Below, piece after piece: positions 6,995 through 17,448 of a stretch of 24,946 bases of DNA. The notes below the pieces were generated by a model. That model had not been told where the DNA came from, ran no database searches, and saw nothing but the letters and a program-made list of their open reading frames with translations. This stretch comes from a virus (lineage: Duplodnaviria > Caudoviricetes): IMG/VR virus record IMGVR_UViG_3300033076_000481, positions 1-24,946 of that record. One strand, written 5' to 3'. Positions within the stretch are counted from its first letter, which is position 1, and each line of letters opens with the position of its first letter. The translations under genes were made by a program, and so were the position numbers.

Positions 6995-9900
6995 TTATTC
7001 TATACCTAATCTCTTTCTTTCTTCTTCTAGCATTTGTTGTCTTTTAACGTCGATATTCTTCTCAACGCCAGATGCTTTCTTTGCTGCTTTCATTCTTGCT
7101 ATTTCTTTATCTATTTCATCAAGACGTTTATAAATTTGTGAACGTTCTTGTGCTTCTGGTCTTTTAACCTTCATAGGTGTAATAGCACCAACGCCATAAG
7201 CTGCTCTACCAAGTGGTCCAAGTTCTTGTGTAGCCATTCCTTCGCCACTAATTGTTCTTGCAAAATCCTGTGAAGGAGCACCAAGACCAGAGAAATTAAG
7301 ACCCCATTTTACAAATGTTGCGTATCTATCTTTTTGCTCTGGTGTAAGAGGATAAACATATCCACCAATACCACCTTTTGTATCTGCTGCTGCAACTGGA
7401 ATAATCTTGCCACCAACTATTGGTTCCCAGAAAGCAGCAACTTCAGCTGGACTATTTCCATAAATTGATGAAGCATACCAAATATGTTCTGGTTGTATTT
7501 TATCATAAGATGGATTTACATCTTGTAAATCTAATGAATAAGCCCAAGTTGGATTTAGTTGTCTTGTTAGAACATCACCAAGATTTCCAGACATTAGATT
7601 TGCAGCCATAACCATACTATCCTTTGCTGGAATTGGTGAACCAGCAAGATAATAATCAGCATCAGTTGACTTTATTTTTCCTAGCATAGTTCTTGGAATT
7701 GTATAATCTGGGAAGAAAGCATCTTTGTTAAATTCTTCACCAGTAGCAGTTTCTGCAAATGCTTCAAGTCCTCTATCTACTTTTAATAATCTTTCGTATC
7801 TTTTTAACTTATCAAAGTCACCAAAAGAACGAAGAAGTGTAATAAAGTTTTGTCTATTGAAAGCATAGAAGATAAAAGCATAGGTTGAAAGTAATCTTTC
7901 TCCTTCTGTCATATCTGAATAATCAAATAGTGAACGCTTTGCTAGTTGAACAGCTTCGTCTAATGTTCTTCCTTCTCTTAATGCACCTAGAGCTATACCA
8001 ACACGGAAGGTTAAATCTTCAGCTGTTGTTAGGTCTTGTAGGGTTGAAGCAGCATCATCAATAGTTCCACCAAGAGAAGACATTTCATTTCTTCTCAAGA
8101 AATCAACTATTGCACCTTGATTTGAAACCTGCGTAATAAATCCTGTTTGTGAACGAACGCCAGATGAAACTACAGCATCATAGATTTCACCATAAGTATA
8201 TGGTGTTTGTTGTGGTCCAAATCTTCCTGCTAGCTGATAGTATCCAGCAGAACCCCAATCACTTCCTTTTGTAACAATCTGTATTGGTTTTAAAGCTTCT
8301 AGTCCATTTGCACCAGAATATGTAACAGATAATGGACCACCTGTTAGCCTACCAGTTGTTGCATAGGTGATTGAATTTGCCATAATAACGTTTGGTCCGT
8401 GGAAGCGTGGACGTAAAGCAAGAAGAAGTGTATATCTTAATGATTGGAATTTCTTTACCATCTGTTGTATCCAATCTATAGCCATAGCACCGCCTTGTAT
8501 TGAGGCAGCTTTACGAACAGAAGCATCAACATATTTATCAAATTCATTCATTTTTCCAGAAAGAACAGATGAACGAATTTCTTCATAAACATCTTTTCCT
8601 AGAAGTGCTCTCATCATGGCAGCTTCATCGCCACCTTTAAACATTCTTTCTACTTCATTTGATATACGAGCAGCATCTCCTCTTCCATAGGTTTCAAGAC
8701 CATTTCTTCTTATTATGGTTTGTGCTGCATCATCAGTTGATTTTGCTAGTTCAGAAAGATAAATCATAGCTTCTTTATTTCTAGCAAAGATTTTATCTGC
8801 TCCTACTTTATCTCCAGCTTTTATAGCTTCTGAAAAATTATCAAGTTCTTTTCCAAGACCAGAGCCTTTGTTAAGACCTGTTTGAGCCATAAAGCTATCA
8901 ACGAAATCAGCAAATGCAGTTTCATTAACTGAAGTTAATCCCTTTGGCGTAGCAGTTCTTCTTACAGCGGCGTCTTTTACAAGCTCAATATAAATTTCAT
9001 TTATTTCTTCTGGCTTTGCTCCAGAGACAGAAGAAATCCAGTTCTTTTGAGCATCAGCAAAAGCTTTGTCAGCACCATCAGCTAGCTTGATATTTCCTAA
9101 AGTTTCGTCTTCATCAATCATCTTTGCTACTGCTTCTTCCATAATTCTTTCGCTTTCAGCACTATAGAATGCACCAACTTGAATTTCTGCTGGAATTTTA
9201 GCAGCATCTCCTACAGCACCAGCTTTTACAACTTGTGTAATATCTCCCTCTCTAATGCCAAGCTTTAAATTATCTGGATTAGAAATTATGCCTCTCATAT
9301 CTTCCATCAAACCGCTAATTTCATCCCAGTAAGTTGCTGGGTTTGCCATAGCGGCTTTTGCTCTGGTTGATATTATCTTATCAAGTTCTGCCTTACCAGA
9401 TGATGAAAGAATATCATTTTCAAAAATCTGACGTAAACCAGTAAATTGGTCAAGAACACTTTCAGAAGTTCTTTGTGAAAAGAATAATCTACGCATAGTC
9501 CAACGCATAGTATCTGCAATAATCTCTTCTTGTCTTAATGCATATTTAGAAGCACCACCAACAACTGCACCAGTAGGAACGGCAGTTCTTTTTGGTCCAA
9601 CGATAAGAGCACCAAGTAGTTCGTACCTTGTATAGTTTGTTGCTTTATCTAAACCATATAATTCTCTTGCAGCTTCAACTGCTTTAGCCTTTCCTGCACC
9701 TTTTAATGCTCCAGCACCACCAAAAACTGCTCCACCAATAGCAGCACCAGCAAGTCCACCAGCCGAACCACCCATAGTTACACCAGCAAGAACATCGCTA
9801 GCTGCACCAATAGTTGGTATTTTTTGTGGTCTAGGAATACCAATAGTTTTTGTTTTGATTGGAAGTCGTGTTGGGATTTCTGCTGGAATAGTTATTTGAA

Positions 9901-12900
9901 TAAGATTTTTAGCAGCTTTTTCATCACCAAGAAGTGCTCCCATTCTTCTACGAAGTTCAACATCCATAGTAGATGCCTTTTCTTGAACTTCATTTATAAT
10001 TCTTCTTTGCTGAACAGAAACACGACCTCTTGTAGCAGTAGTATTTGCATTACCAAGATTATTAGAAGCCCATTCTTTAGCTTTATTTCTACCAAAAGAA
10101 CGGAATTCTAATGGTTCTAATGCTGCAAGCTGTTGAGCAGAAGAAGTTCTAGCCAAATCTCTTGCTCTTGCACCTTCAACTTTTCCACCAGCAAACATAG
10201 CTTCAGCTGTTAGGTCTGTAGCTCCATCAATAAGTTGTCTAAAATCTTTAGTAGTAACTATTCCAGCAGAAAGATTACTTCTTATACGAGCAGCTGCATT
10301 TGATTTAAGTTTTCCATAAGTAACTTGCTCTTCAACAATTCTAGAAAGCTTATCAAGTAAATCTGATTTTACTGCACCATCAGTAATTCTATTTAGATTA
10401 TAAAATGGAGCAACTGTTGGTGGAGAAAGTGTTGGCTTACCAGCTGTTGGACCAGTAGTTCCTGTTACTGTGCTTCTTGTTGAAAGACCAGTAGATACAT
10501 CTCCAAATTCTATTGGAACACCATTATCCATAATAATCTTTGCTGCATTACCAACTTCAGATTTCTGAACCCTTTCAAGTATTTGTGCAGCTTTATCTTT
10601 ATTAGCCCAAGTATTTTTGGTAATAGCAACCATGTTTTCAAGACCAGCCATTTTTGGACTGTTTCTATAAACTGTGGTTAGAGCTTTGTCATAAGCAAAC
10701 TGTCTCTTCAAAGCAGACATACCATCGGGTCCAAGAGCTTCAACATATTGATAGATTTTTGGAACACCAGCTTTTGGAGAAGCATCAACCGCTCTAAATG
10801 CATCAGCTATATCTTCGTCAAGTTTTGCCATAGCACCAAGATTTCTTGCTAAATCTTTAGTTCTTATTCCCTTTGTAGCTTCAGCTGAAATATTTCCACC
10901 AGCAATATTATCTAAACTTCTCATAGCTGCATCATGTTCATCGAGCAAACTAGAAGAAATAGATGTTCCTTTTACTTCTCTGGAAGCTTTTACTAACTGT
11001 TCGCTATCGTTAAAAGCTTTACTTATATCTCCACCAGAAGTTTCTAAATTCTTAACTAATGATTTACCATAAGTTGTATCAATAAGATTTCCTCTTCGGA
11101 GGTCACTTAAGATTGTATCTACTGATTTTCCAGCATCCAAGCCATCTTTAACTGCATCTCTTGCAAGTAATGATGCTGTAAGGTCTGCACCCATATGGGT
11201 TCTAATATCTCCAATAGCTAGATTTGGAAAAGCTTTTTCTGCAACTGGTTTAGCAAGTAAGCTAATTGCATTAAAATCATTCAAGAATTCTGTAGCACCA
11301 GCTTTAGCTCCAATTTCTGCTGCTCTTAAAGCAGAAGCTACTTTTCCTTCTTGATATAATGCTCTGCTTAAATCATAAGCTTGAATAGTTCCTCTTGTTG
11401 CTTTTGCTCCACCAGCTAATATACCAAGTGTTGGGTCCAACAAGTCAGCAGCAAAGCCAGCAGCTGTCATAGCAATCTTTCCAGCACCGCTCATTTCTAG
11501 GAGATTTCCAGCTTCCATCTGTTCGCCAGTAAATCCTCTTCCTTCTGCAACGTTTAGGAGAATTGGACTGTCTTTATAAAGAGGTGTTTTTTCTTCTCTG
11601 CTTTTTTGTCTTTTCTCACCAAGTCCAGTTCCACCAAGAGCTTCAACTACTGGAACGCCAGCATTTTCATATGCCCATCCAGCAAAAAGATTTGGAATAG
11701 TCATAGAAGAACGTATTAACCAGTTAGCTGGTGTTTCTACAGTTCCACCAAAAGGTGTATCTGTAGAGAGAATTCCTCTCTTATAAAACTGTTCTGGATT
11801 ATTTAATACAGCAGGTTTCTTTGCAGGGTCAGCCCACCAAATATCTGGTGCTTCATCAATAACCCTTCTTTGAACACGACCTTCTAATTCTTTAGGGTCT
11901 AACTTTCCACCTTCTTTTACAAAGCGTTCTTCACTACCAGCTATAGCAGCCACATCTGCTGGCATACCACCTCTTTTCATGGCATCCCAAACATCTGCTG
12001 GATATTCACTTCCATCAGAAAGCCTTACATAAGGAACGCCAGCTTTCTTTATTTTGGCAGTTTCTTCTTCTCTTATTTTTCTTTGCTTATCTTTGTAAAC
12101 ATAATCAAAATAAGCTAGTTGTGGTTTTGATAGGTCTGGAACTTTACCTGCTTGCTTTTGTAGGACGAATGTTCTATAAAGAGGTTCAGCAGGACCAGTC
12201 ATACCTTTTTCAGATATAGTTGCACCCTTTCCAGACATAGCTCCTTCTAAACCCTGTAGTTCTTCTATGGTTTTAGAATAAGCATCTTCTGGTGATAGTT
12301 CTTTATTTGTTCTTCTTACTTCGTTATAAGCAGCTTGAATTGCAGAAGCTTGAAGGGTAGCAGTTCCTTTATCAAGTTTTTCTTCTTCTTGTAAGGTTTT
12401 AGCAACTTCATCAAAATTTATTTCTTGTCCTTTTGCAGCAGCCTTTTCTTCTTTAATAGCTAATTTTTCTCCAAGATAAGGAGAAAGATAGCTCTGTGGT
12501 CTAAATGCTGTAAAGATATTTGGCTCTTCAGCTACACCAAATTCATCTTTTGGTTGAGGAAGCTGCATGATAGGAGCTGGTTTTTCTATATCACCTAATG
12601 GACCTACAAGATTAAATGCTGCTTCTCCATAAGTATCTGTGTATTGAGAAGTTAAAGGTATAAGAAATTCATCATCAAATTCTTTTGATGCTTGGCTTTT
12701 TGCAGCTGAAGGCGTAAGAGAACCATCAGCATTAGTTGGAGAATAATAAATCTCTCTAGCTCTTGCTGAAACAAACTTTTTCTTTTTATCGTAAAGCTCA
12801 ATATAGGATTTTTTTAATCCAGTTTGCTCCGCTTTTGTCGCAACTGACTGTAAGACCTCTTCCTCTGGAGCAAATGGGTCAAATGGTTTAGCTGGTGTAT

Positions 12901-12925
12901 AGTTTGGTTCTACTGGTTTTGCCAT
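6995..12925 (-). CDS. Large internal virion/DNA ejection protein (T7 gp16/P22 gp16 positional analogue)
   Basis: 1976 aa, Ala/Gly/Lys-rich and helical. Third of three genes of increasing size after the tail genes. The C-terminal EAVQLAKRSLFDYS...FY.F.R.N pattern resembles large phage ejection/polyvalent proteins. Confidence 0.75.
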   Translation of the reverse strand: MAKPVEPNYTPAKPFDPFAPEEEVLQSVATKAEQTGLKKSYIELYDKKKKFVSARAREIYYSPTNADGSLTPSAAKSQASKEFDDEFLIPLTSQYTDTYGEAAFNLVGPLGDIEKPAPIMQLPQPKDEFGVAEEPNIFTAFRPQSYLSPYLGEKLAIKEEKAAAKGQEINFDEVAKTLQEEEKLDKGTATLQASAIQAAYNEVRRTNKELSPEDAYSKTIEELQGLEGAMSGKGATISEKGMTGPAEPLYRTFVLQKQAGKVPDLSKPQLAYFDYVYKDKQRKIREEETAKIKKAGVPYVRLSDGSEYPADVWDAMKRGGMPADVAAIAGSEERFVKEGGKLDPKELEGRVQRRVIDEAPDIWWADPAKKPAVLNNPEQFYKRGILSTDTPFGGTVETPANWLIRSSMTIPNLFAGWAYENAGVPVVEALGGTGLGEKRQKSREEKTPLYKDSPILLNVAEGRGFTGEQMEAGNLLEMSGAGKIAMTAAGFAADLLDPTLGILAGGAKATRGTIQAYDLSRALYQEGKVASALRAAEIGAKAGATEFLNDFNAISLLAKPVAEKAFPNLAIGDIRTHMGADLTASLLARDAVKDGLDAGKSVDTILSDLRRGNLIDTTYGKSLVKNLETSGGDISKAFNDSEQLVKASREVKGTSISSSLLDEHDAAMRSLDNIAGGNISAEATKGIRTKDLARNLGAMAKLDEDIADAFRAVDASPKAGVPKIYQYVEALGPDGMSALKRQFAYDKALTTVYRNSPKMAGLENMVAITKNTWANKDKAAQILERVQKSEVGNAAKIIMDNGVPIEFGDVSTGLSTRSTVTGTTGPTAGKPTLSPPTVAPFYNLNRITDGAVKSDLLDKLSRIVEEQVTYGKLKSNAAARIRSNLSAGIVTTKDFRQLIDGATDLTAEAMFAGGKVEGARARDLARTSSAQQLAALEPLEFRSFGRNKAKEWASNNLGNANTTATRGRVSVQQRRIINEVQEKASTMDVELRRRMGALLGDEKAAKNLIQITIPAEIPTRLPIKTKTIGIPRPQKIPTIGAASDVLAGVTMGGSAGGLAGAAIGGAVFGGAGALKGAGKAKAVEAARELYGLDKATNYTRYELLGALIVGPKRTAVPTGAVVGGASKYALRQEEIIADTMRWTMRRLFFSQRTSESVLDQFTGLRQIFENDILSSSGKAELDKIISTRAKAAMANPATYWDEISGLMEDMRGIISNPDNLKLGIREGDITQVVKAGAVGDAAKIPAEIQVGAFYSAESERIMEEAVAKMIDEDETLGNIKLADGADKAFADAQKNWISSVSGAKPEEINEIYIELVKDAAVRRTATPKGLTSVNETAFADFVDSFMAQTGLNKGSGLGKELDNFSEAIKAGDKVGADKIFARNKEAMIYLSELAKSTDDAAQTIIRRNGLETYGRGDAARISNEVERMFKGGDEAAMMRALLGKDVYEEIRSSVLSGKMNEFDKYVDASVRKAASIQGGAMAIDWIQQMVKKFQSLRYTLLLALRPRFHGPNVIMANSITYATTGRLTGGPLSVTYSGANGLEALKPIQIVTKGSDWGSAGYYQLAGRFGPQQTPYTYGEIYDAVVSSGVRSQTGFITQVSNQGAIVDFLRRNEMSSLGGTIDDAASTLQDLTTAEDLTFRVGIALGALREGRTLDEAVQLAKRSLFDYSDMTEGERLLSTYAFIFYAFNRQNFITLLRSFGDFDKLKRYERLLKVDRGLEAFAETATGEEFNKDAFFPDYTIPRTMLGKIKSTDADYYLAGSPIPAKDSMVMAANLMSGNLGDVLTRQLNPTWAYSLDLQDVNPSYDKIQPEHIWYASSIYGNSPAEVAAFWEPIVGGKIIPVAAADTKGGIGGYVYPLTPEQKDRYATFVKWGLNFSGLGAPSQDFARTISGEGMATQELGPLGRAAYGVGAITPMKVKRPEAQERSQIYKRLDEIDKEIARMKAAKKASGVEKNIDVKRQQMLEEERKRLGIE

Positions 12926-12928
12926 TTA

Positions 12929-15334
12929 TTATGCCTCTGGATTTTTGGTTTTGCTATTTAGTAAATCTTTGGCGAGCAAATATTCCTGTGCTGCTGCTCT
13001 TATTTCTGGCTTGTCAGCAAAGACCCTGTTGATTTCATCATATGAAGTTTTAACAGGTTCATTACCAGAACGCTCGTTAGTATCATAGAGATTGTCAACT
13101 AGGATTACGTATTCTGGAACTTTAGATTTACGCTCTTCTGGTGTCAAATTTGGTTTAGCCAATCTTTCAAATTTCTTTGGCTGATTAGCTAATTTAGTTG
13201 CTCTATCAATAAGTGCAAGCTTGTATTGTTCGCGTCTTTCCAAAGCACCAGATGGTTTAACTTTTTCCTCTTCAGATTTTGATGGAAGTTTATCAAAACC
13301 AATTCTCTTTTGCAAATCTTCTATTGCTTTTTTATCAGCAGCAGTTTTTTCTCTTTTCTTTTTAAATTCTTCAAGAGCTGCCTTTAGTTCTTCTGGGCTT
13401 CTTCTATCAACAGGAGGAACAGTTATTCCACCCATCTCTGGACCACGAACTGGAGGTATTGTAGAAGGTGCTGTTGCTGGGGCTGCAATAGGTTCTCTGT
13501 CGATTGTATCCCATATAGATGGTTCCTGTATAGGTGTAGGAGCAGGAGCGACTATAGGGGCCACTGGAGGGCTTGTAGGGGCTATTCTAGAAATCTCCTC
13601 TGGAGACATTCCTAATGATAGTAAATCCTGTGTTCTTTCGACAGCAGTTCTCTTGAATGGATTTGTGATATAAGTTCCAGCAGCCTTCTTTTCAGCTTCT
13701 ATTCTTCTGGTTTCTTCTTCAAAAGCTCTACCTTCTGGTGTAGTTCTATCTATTGGGAAACGAGAAGGTTTACGAAGCTTTGGCATTTCAGCACCAACTG
13801 GAAATAATCCATCAGCCTGATAGGTAGGATAGGTTGTTACAGGAAGCCTTCTAAATCCTTCCATAGCATCAGCATAAGAAGGAGGAGCACCAGCTTCTCC
13901 CATAGGAACTGGAGGTGGTTCCATACCAGCTGTTGGAGGAAGTGGAACCCATTCTCCAGCAACAGGCTCTCTAACTGGAGGTTTAACACCAGCTTCCATC
14001 ATAAATTCATCTTCTGGTGTAAACTGGGTAGATTTAGCAGGTTCTCTAGGAACTGGTGCTTCTACAGTTGGAGCAACTTTTCTTTCAATAGGTGCTTCTC
14101 TTCCATCAACACCCAAGAAATCTTTAGCAGAAACTTCTCTTCCACCTAATTTACCAAGTGCTGAAATAACACCTTTTCTACGAGCTTCTTGTTCTTCTGC
14201 TGGTGTTATAACTGCATTAGGGTCTGCTGCTAATCTTTCTGCTTTATATTTTGAGACAGCATCTTCAGCAGCAGAGGCTGCAATAGCCTGTGCGCTTTTT
14301 AGAGCAGCAGGTTCATCAAATCTTGGTTGTATTTTATCCTTTCTTGGAGCAATACCAAACATACCACCAGTTCCATATGATTGTTCATATTTAGCTCTGG
14401 TTCTTTCAAGAAGGTCTACCGATGGGGCTGTTGGAAGTGTAACGCCACCAAGCTGTGCTTGTAGTGCTTCTCTTTCTCTTCTCAAAGCATCAAGTGCTGC
14501 ACTATAATCAACATCTTCTCTAGTTGGAAGTGTTGGAGCTTCTGGAACCTTTGGTTTTCCTTTAACAGTTGTAGAAGTTCCAGCTGTTCTGCTTTCTGTT
14601 GCTATATCACTTCTGCGAGGTCTACTATCTTTACCACCACCTGTTTCATCTCCAAATGCGTCAACTGATGCAGTAGCAGCAACAGGAGCACCAGCAGGAG
14701 GAGCAGGGAAAGCAAGATTAGTTTGTGTAACTGTAATACCGCCAGCAGGAGCAACCATTCCAGCAGGAGCAATAGTCCCATCTGGAAGTGTAGAATTCAT
14801 AGGAAGTGCTTCACCCTCTGGAACAGTTACTGTAAGTGGGGTTGGAGAAGGTAGGGAAGGAACTGTGGTGCCAGTTGTTCCTTCTGGAATATCTACAGGA
14901 ACACCAGAAACTTTAGTAGAAGTTCCAGCTTTTACGTCAGATTTACTTGTGACTGATGGAACAGCAGTTTTATTTGCTCCAAATTCCATTTGTCTTGTAT
15001 CTCTTGCAACTTTAAGAGCATCATCATCACGTTTACTTTCAACGCGAGCATTATCTTTTGCTTGACCAGCTTCTAGTGCAGAAATCTTTGTATCATAAGC
15101 AGAAATTCTTTTTGTTAGGTCTGCTCTTTGAGCCATAGAATATTTAAGCTGTGCTTCATAAGCCATCTTTTCAAAGCCAATAGCAGCTTTTGCGCTTTCT
15201 TCGGCTTTTTCCCATAGTTGCCAACGAAGGTGACTATAAAGAGAACCATAGCCAATACCAGAAGAAGTTTTGGCAGTTGGAACTTCTGATTGAATTACAT
15301 AAGCATTACGCCCATTTACATTTTGTATTGCCAT
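12929..15334 (-). CDS. Internal virion/ejection protein, proline-rich
   Basis: 801 aa; coiled-coil ends and a Pro/Ala/Glu-rich middle; GAGG SD; synteny with ejection gene trios. Confidence 0.65.
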   Translation of the reverse strand: MAIQNVNGRNAYVIQSEVPTAKTSSGIGYGSLYSHLRWQLWEKAEESAKAAIGFEKMAYEAQLKYSMAQRADLTKRISAYDTKISALEAGQAKDNARVESKRDDDALKVARDTRQMEFGANKTAVPSVTSKSDVKAGTSTKVSGVPVDIPEGTTGTTVPSLPSPTPLTVTVPEGEALPMNSTLPDGTIAPAGMVAPAGGITVTQTNLAFPAPPAGAPVAATASVDAFGDETGGGKDSRPRRSDIATESRTAGTSTTVKGKPKVPEAPTLPTREDVDYSAALDALRREREALQAQLGGVTLPTAPSVDLLERTRAKYEQSYGTGGMFGIAPRKDKIQPRFDEPAALKSAQAIAASAAEDAVSKYKAERLAADPNAVITPAEEQEARRKGVISALGKLGGREVSAKDFLGVDGREAPIERKVAPTVEAPVPREPAKSTQFTPEDEFMMEAGVKPPVREPVAGEWVPLPPTAGMEPPPVPMGEAGAPPSYADAMEGFRRLPVTTYPTYQADGLFPVGAEMPKLRKPSRFPIDRTTPEGRAFEEETRRIEAEKKAAGTYITNPFKRTAVERTQDLLSLGMSPEEISRIAPTSPPVAPIVAPAPTPIQEPSIWDTIDREPIAAPATAPSTIPPVRGPEMGGITVPPVDRRSPEELKAALEEFKKKREKTAADKKAIEDLQKRIGFDKLPSKSEEEKVKPSGALERREQYKLALIDRATKLANQPKKFERLAKPNLTPEERKSKVPEYVILVDNLYDTNERSGNEPVKTSYDEINRVFADKPEIRAAAQEYLLAKDLLNSKTKNPEA

Positions 15335-15345
15335 TTAGGTTCCTC

Positions 15346-15990
15346 TTATTTTAGTTTACCAAATAAAGCTGCTGCCTCTGGATTTGATGCTGTTACTTCA
15401 AGTAGTCCTCTTGCTTGGTCATCTGATAAACCATAAAGTTTTGCTATAGCTGATACTGCATTAGCAGATGGAGCCTTTGCACCACTTTCCAAAGCTTTAT
15501 TTGCAGATGCTGTAACTGCACCTTCAAATCCACCAGCAGCAACGCCAGCTAGTGCAGCAGCTCTGTCAGCCTTGTATTGTGCATTAGCAGCTTCAAGTGC
15601 TCTAATTTCATCTTTTTGTTCGGCTACTTTCTTTAGATTTTGTTCTTCGATAGCTTGAGCAATTGCTGTATTCTGACTTCTTAACTGACCTTCAGCAATC
15701 TGTGCTCCAAGAAGATTTGTTCCAGCAGTAGCTCCACCGCCACCAGCTAAATATCTTTCTCTTTCTTGTTTAGCAGCATTTGCAGCAGCATCTGCTCTGC
15801 TTCCTAATCTTCCTTCAAGAACACCACGCTCTTGTTCTGTAAGACCAAGCGTTCCCATTTCTTCTTGACGCTGAAGGTCTTCCAATCTTTTCTTTTGTTC
15901 TCTTTCAAAAGAGCTGGGAATAATCTTTGGCAATCCTGCAATTAAGTTGCCTCCAGCTCCTATTAGTAATCCTAATGTAATTGGGTCCAT
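15346..15990 (-). CDS. Small ejection protein (T7 gp14/P22 gp7-like)
   Basis: Typical MDPITLGLLIGAGG N-terminus, Ala/Gln-rich coiled coil, hydrophobic Gly/Ala segment. Confidence 0.7.
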   Translation of the reverse strand: MDPITLGLLIGAGGNLIAGLPKIIPSSFEREQKKRLEDLQRQEEMGTLGLTEQERGVLEGRLGSRADAAANAAKQERERYLAGGGGATAGTNLLGAQIAEGQLRSQNTAIAQAIEEQNLKKVAEQKDEIRALEAANAQYKADRAAALAGVAAGGFEGAVTASANKALESGAKAPSANAVSAIAKLYGLSDDQARGLLEVTASNPEAAALFGKLK

Positions 15991-15997
15991 ATTATTC

Positions 15998-16021
15998 CCT
16001 CATTATTTGTGTAAAAGTCAA
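15998..16021 (-). promoter_or_regulatory. Conserved box, copy 2 (TTGACTTTTACACAAATAATGAGG)
   Basis: Fills most of the 34-bp gap ahead of the ejection module. Confidence 0.65.
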
Positions 16022-16024
16022 ATG

Positions 16025-16747
16025 TTATAAATAGAATACTTCAACTAAAAAGTTTCTTGCAGAAATAAAACCATACTGTATTTTTGGATTTATACAAAGC
16101 TGCAAATCATGAATGCCTCGACTTAATGTTAATACGCACTGTAACATTACCTGTCTTCTGTCAGCATTTTCACCAGCTGCATTAGGGTCTACTGCTCCAA
16201 ATGAAGTTCCTGCTCCTTCAAATCCCCACATTCTTGTGCCTGTAAGGAATGTAGTTGTTGATGGAGAAGTTGAATAATCTGTATGGCGTAATAATATTTC
16301 ATTATCCCACAAACCATTTGAGATTACACCACCACCAGTAGCTGTATCATTTGGTTCTCCAAAGAAAGCACCTTCAAAAGTTATGATTACTTTGGCAGAA
16401 TTTTCAACAATTTGAACCTGTTCTCCAGCACCCCAAATATCACACCAAGAAACAGAAGTTCCAGCTTCATTATTTGCCTTAACATTTGATGTGAAATAAC
16501 ATCTATTATTAACTGATGAAACACCAATATTTTTGCCAGCTATATAAGATGTGCAAAACTTATGATTATTTGTTACTGGCTGAAATTCACCAGCTTCTAT
16601 TTCATCATAATCAAAAGTTCCTATAGCATAATCAGCAGAGGAGATTTCTTGATTTATGAATTCCTTTGCACCTTCTTCATTTAGAAGTTGATTTGTGTTT
16701 GATAGAATATTTCCATCAACATAGTTATATGGTTTGGTAAAAGGCAT
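16025..16747 (-). CDS. Tail appendage protein 3
   Basis: 240 aa; N-terminal Y.DG.I......N anchor-like motif; beta-rich C-terminus; AAGGAG SD. Confidence 0.65.
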   Translation of the reverse strand: MPFTKPYNYVDGNILSNTNQLLNEEGAKEFINQEISSADYAIGTFDYDEIEAGEFQPVTNNHKFCTSYIAGKNIGVSSVNNRCYFTSNVKANNEAGTSVSWCDIWGAGEQVQIVENSAKVIITFEGAFFGEPNDTATGGGVISNGLWDNEILLRHTDYSTSPSTTTFLTGTRMWGFEGAGTSFGAVDPNAAGENADRRQVMLQCVLTLSRGIHDLQLCINPKIQYGFISARNFLVEVFYL

Positions 16748-16758
16748 TCTTTTTCTCC

Positions 16759-17436
16759 TTAATGTTCTGCTATTACAACTGTCAGATTATTTCTTTCTAC
16801 TGCAACAGAATTGTTATTTCCACCATTTGGACATACTTTAGCTTGAAGCTCTACTTTTACTAATGTAAAGTTAGCTTCTGTAACAACGCGAATACCAGAG
16901 AAAGAAAAGTTTCTATACCAGATAGCAGATGATAGTCCAGTAGTATCAACATTATCTACTGCTCTACCAGAAAAAGAATATCCACATTCAGCTACGGTTT
17001 CTGTTAAATTTCCACCACCAGTATTATAGGTCATTAGAATACGGAAAGCATAGAAATTGTAACCTCTTTTTGCTGGGTCACCTTGTCCATCTGCATTTAG
17101 GTCTGGCTCGCTAATAATTCCATTAGCTCCAAAACGAAGAACTGCATCATCATTAATAGCTTTGTTTGCTACAACTTCTGCTGGATTTCCTGCATTAGTG
17201 ATAGTTGCATAGGAAGTAGAAGTTGAAATCCAATCTGCTGTTCCTGTGTATTCATCATATAAAATCTCATTAGCAAACTTACCTGTGCCTCTATTAAAAT
17301 GATAGCGTGTAGCCCAGTTTGGTTTTGTATTCTCTCCATCAACTGTAGCAGTATCTAATGCATCATAAGGAGCATTTAACTTTGCAGCTGTGGCTATTTC
17401 ACCATCCTGTATTTTTGTATATGGAATAAAAGCCAT
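16759..17436 (-). CDS. Tail appendage protein 2
   Basis: 225 aa; N-terminal DGEIATAAKLN typical of tail fibre N-termini; AAGGAG SD. Confidence 0.65.
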   Translation of the reverse strand: MAFIPYTKIQDGEIATAAKLNAPYDALDTATVDGENTKPNWATRYHFNRGTGKFANEILYDEYTGTADWISTSTSYATITNAGNPAEVVANKAINDDAVLRFGANGIISEPDLNADGQGDPAKRGYNFYAFRILMTYNTGGGNLTETVAECGYSFSGRAVDNVDTTGLSSAIWYRNFSFSGIRVVTEANFTLVKVELQAKVCPNGGNNNSVAVERNNLTVVIAEH

Positions 17437-17448
17437 TATCTATTCTCC

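Noticed and set aside
6995-12925. Virion RNA polymerase (N4 or crAss type)
   Set aside because: No catalytic DxDGD or single-subunit RNAP motifs recognised; an HMM or structure search is needed to exclude it fully.
13221-15065. + strand ORFs 13221-13673 and 14865-15065, and similar short antisense ORFs elsewhere
   Set aside because: Fully nested opposite long structural genes, with no convincing SD or motif.
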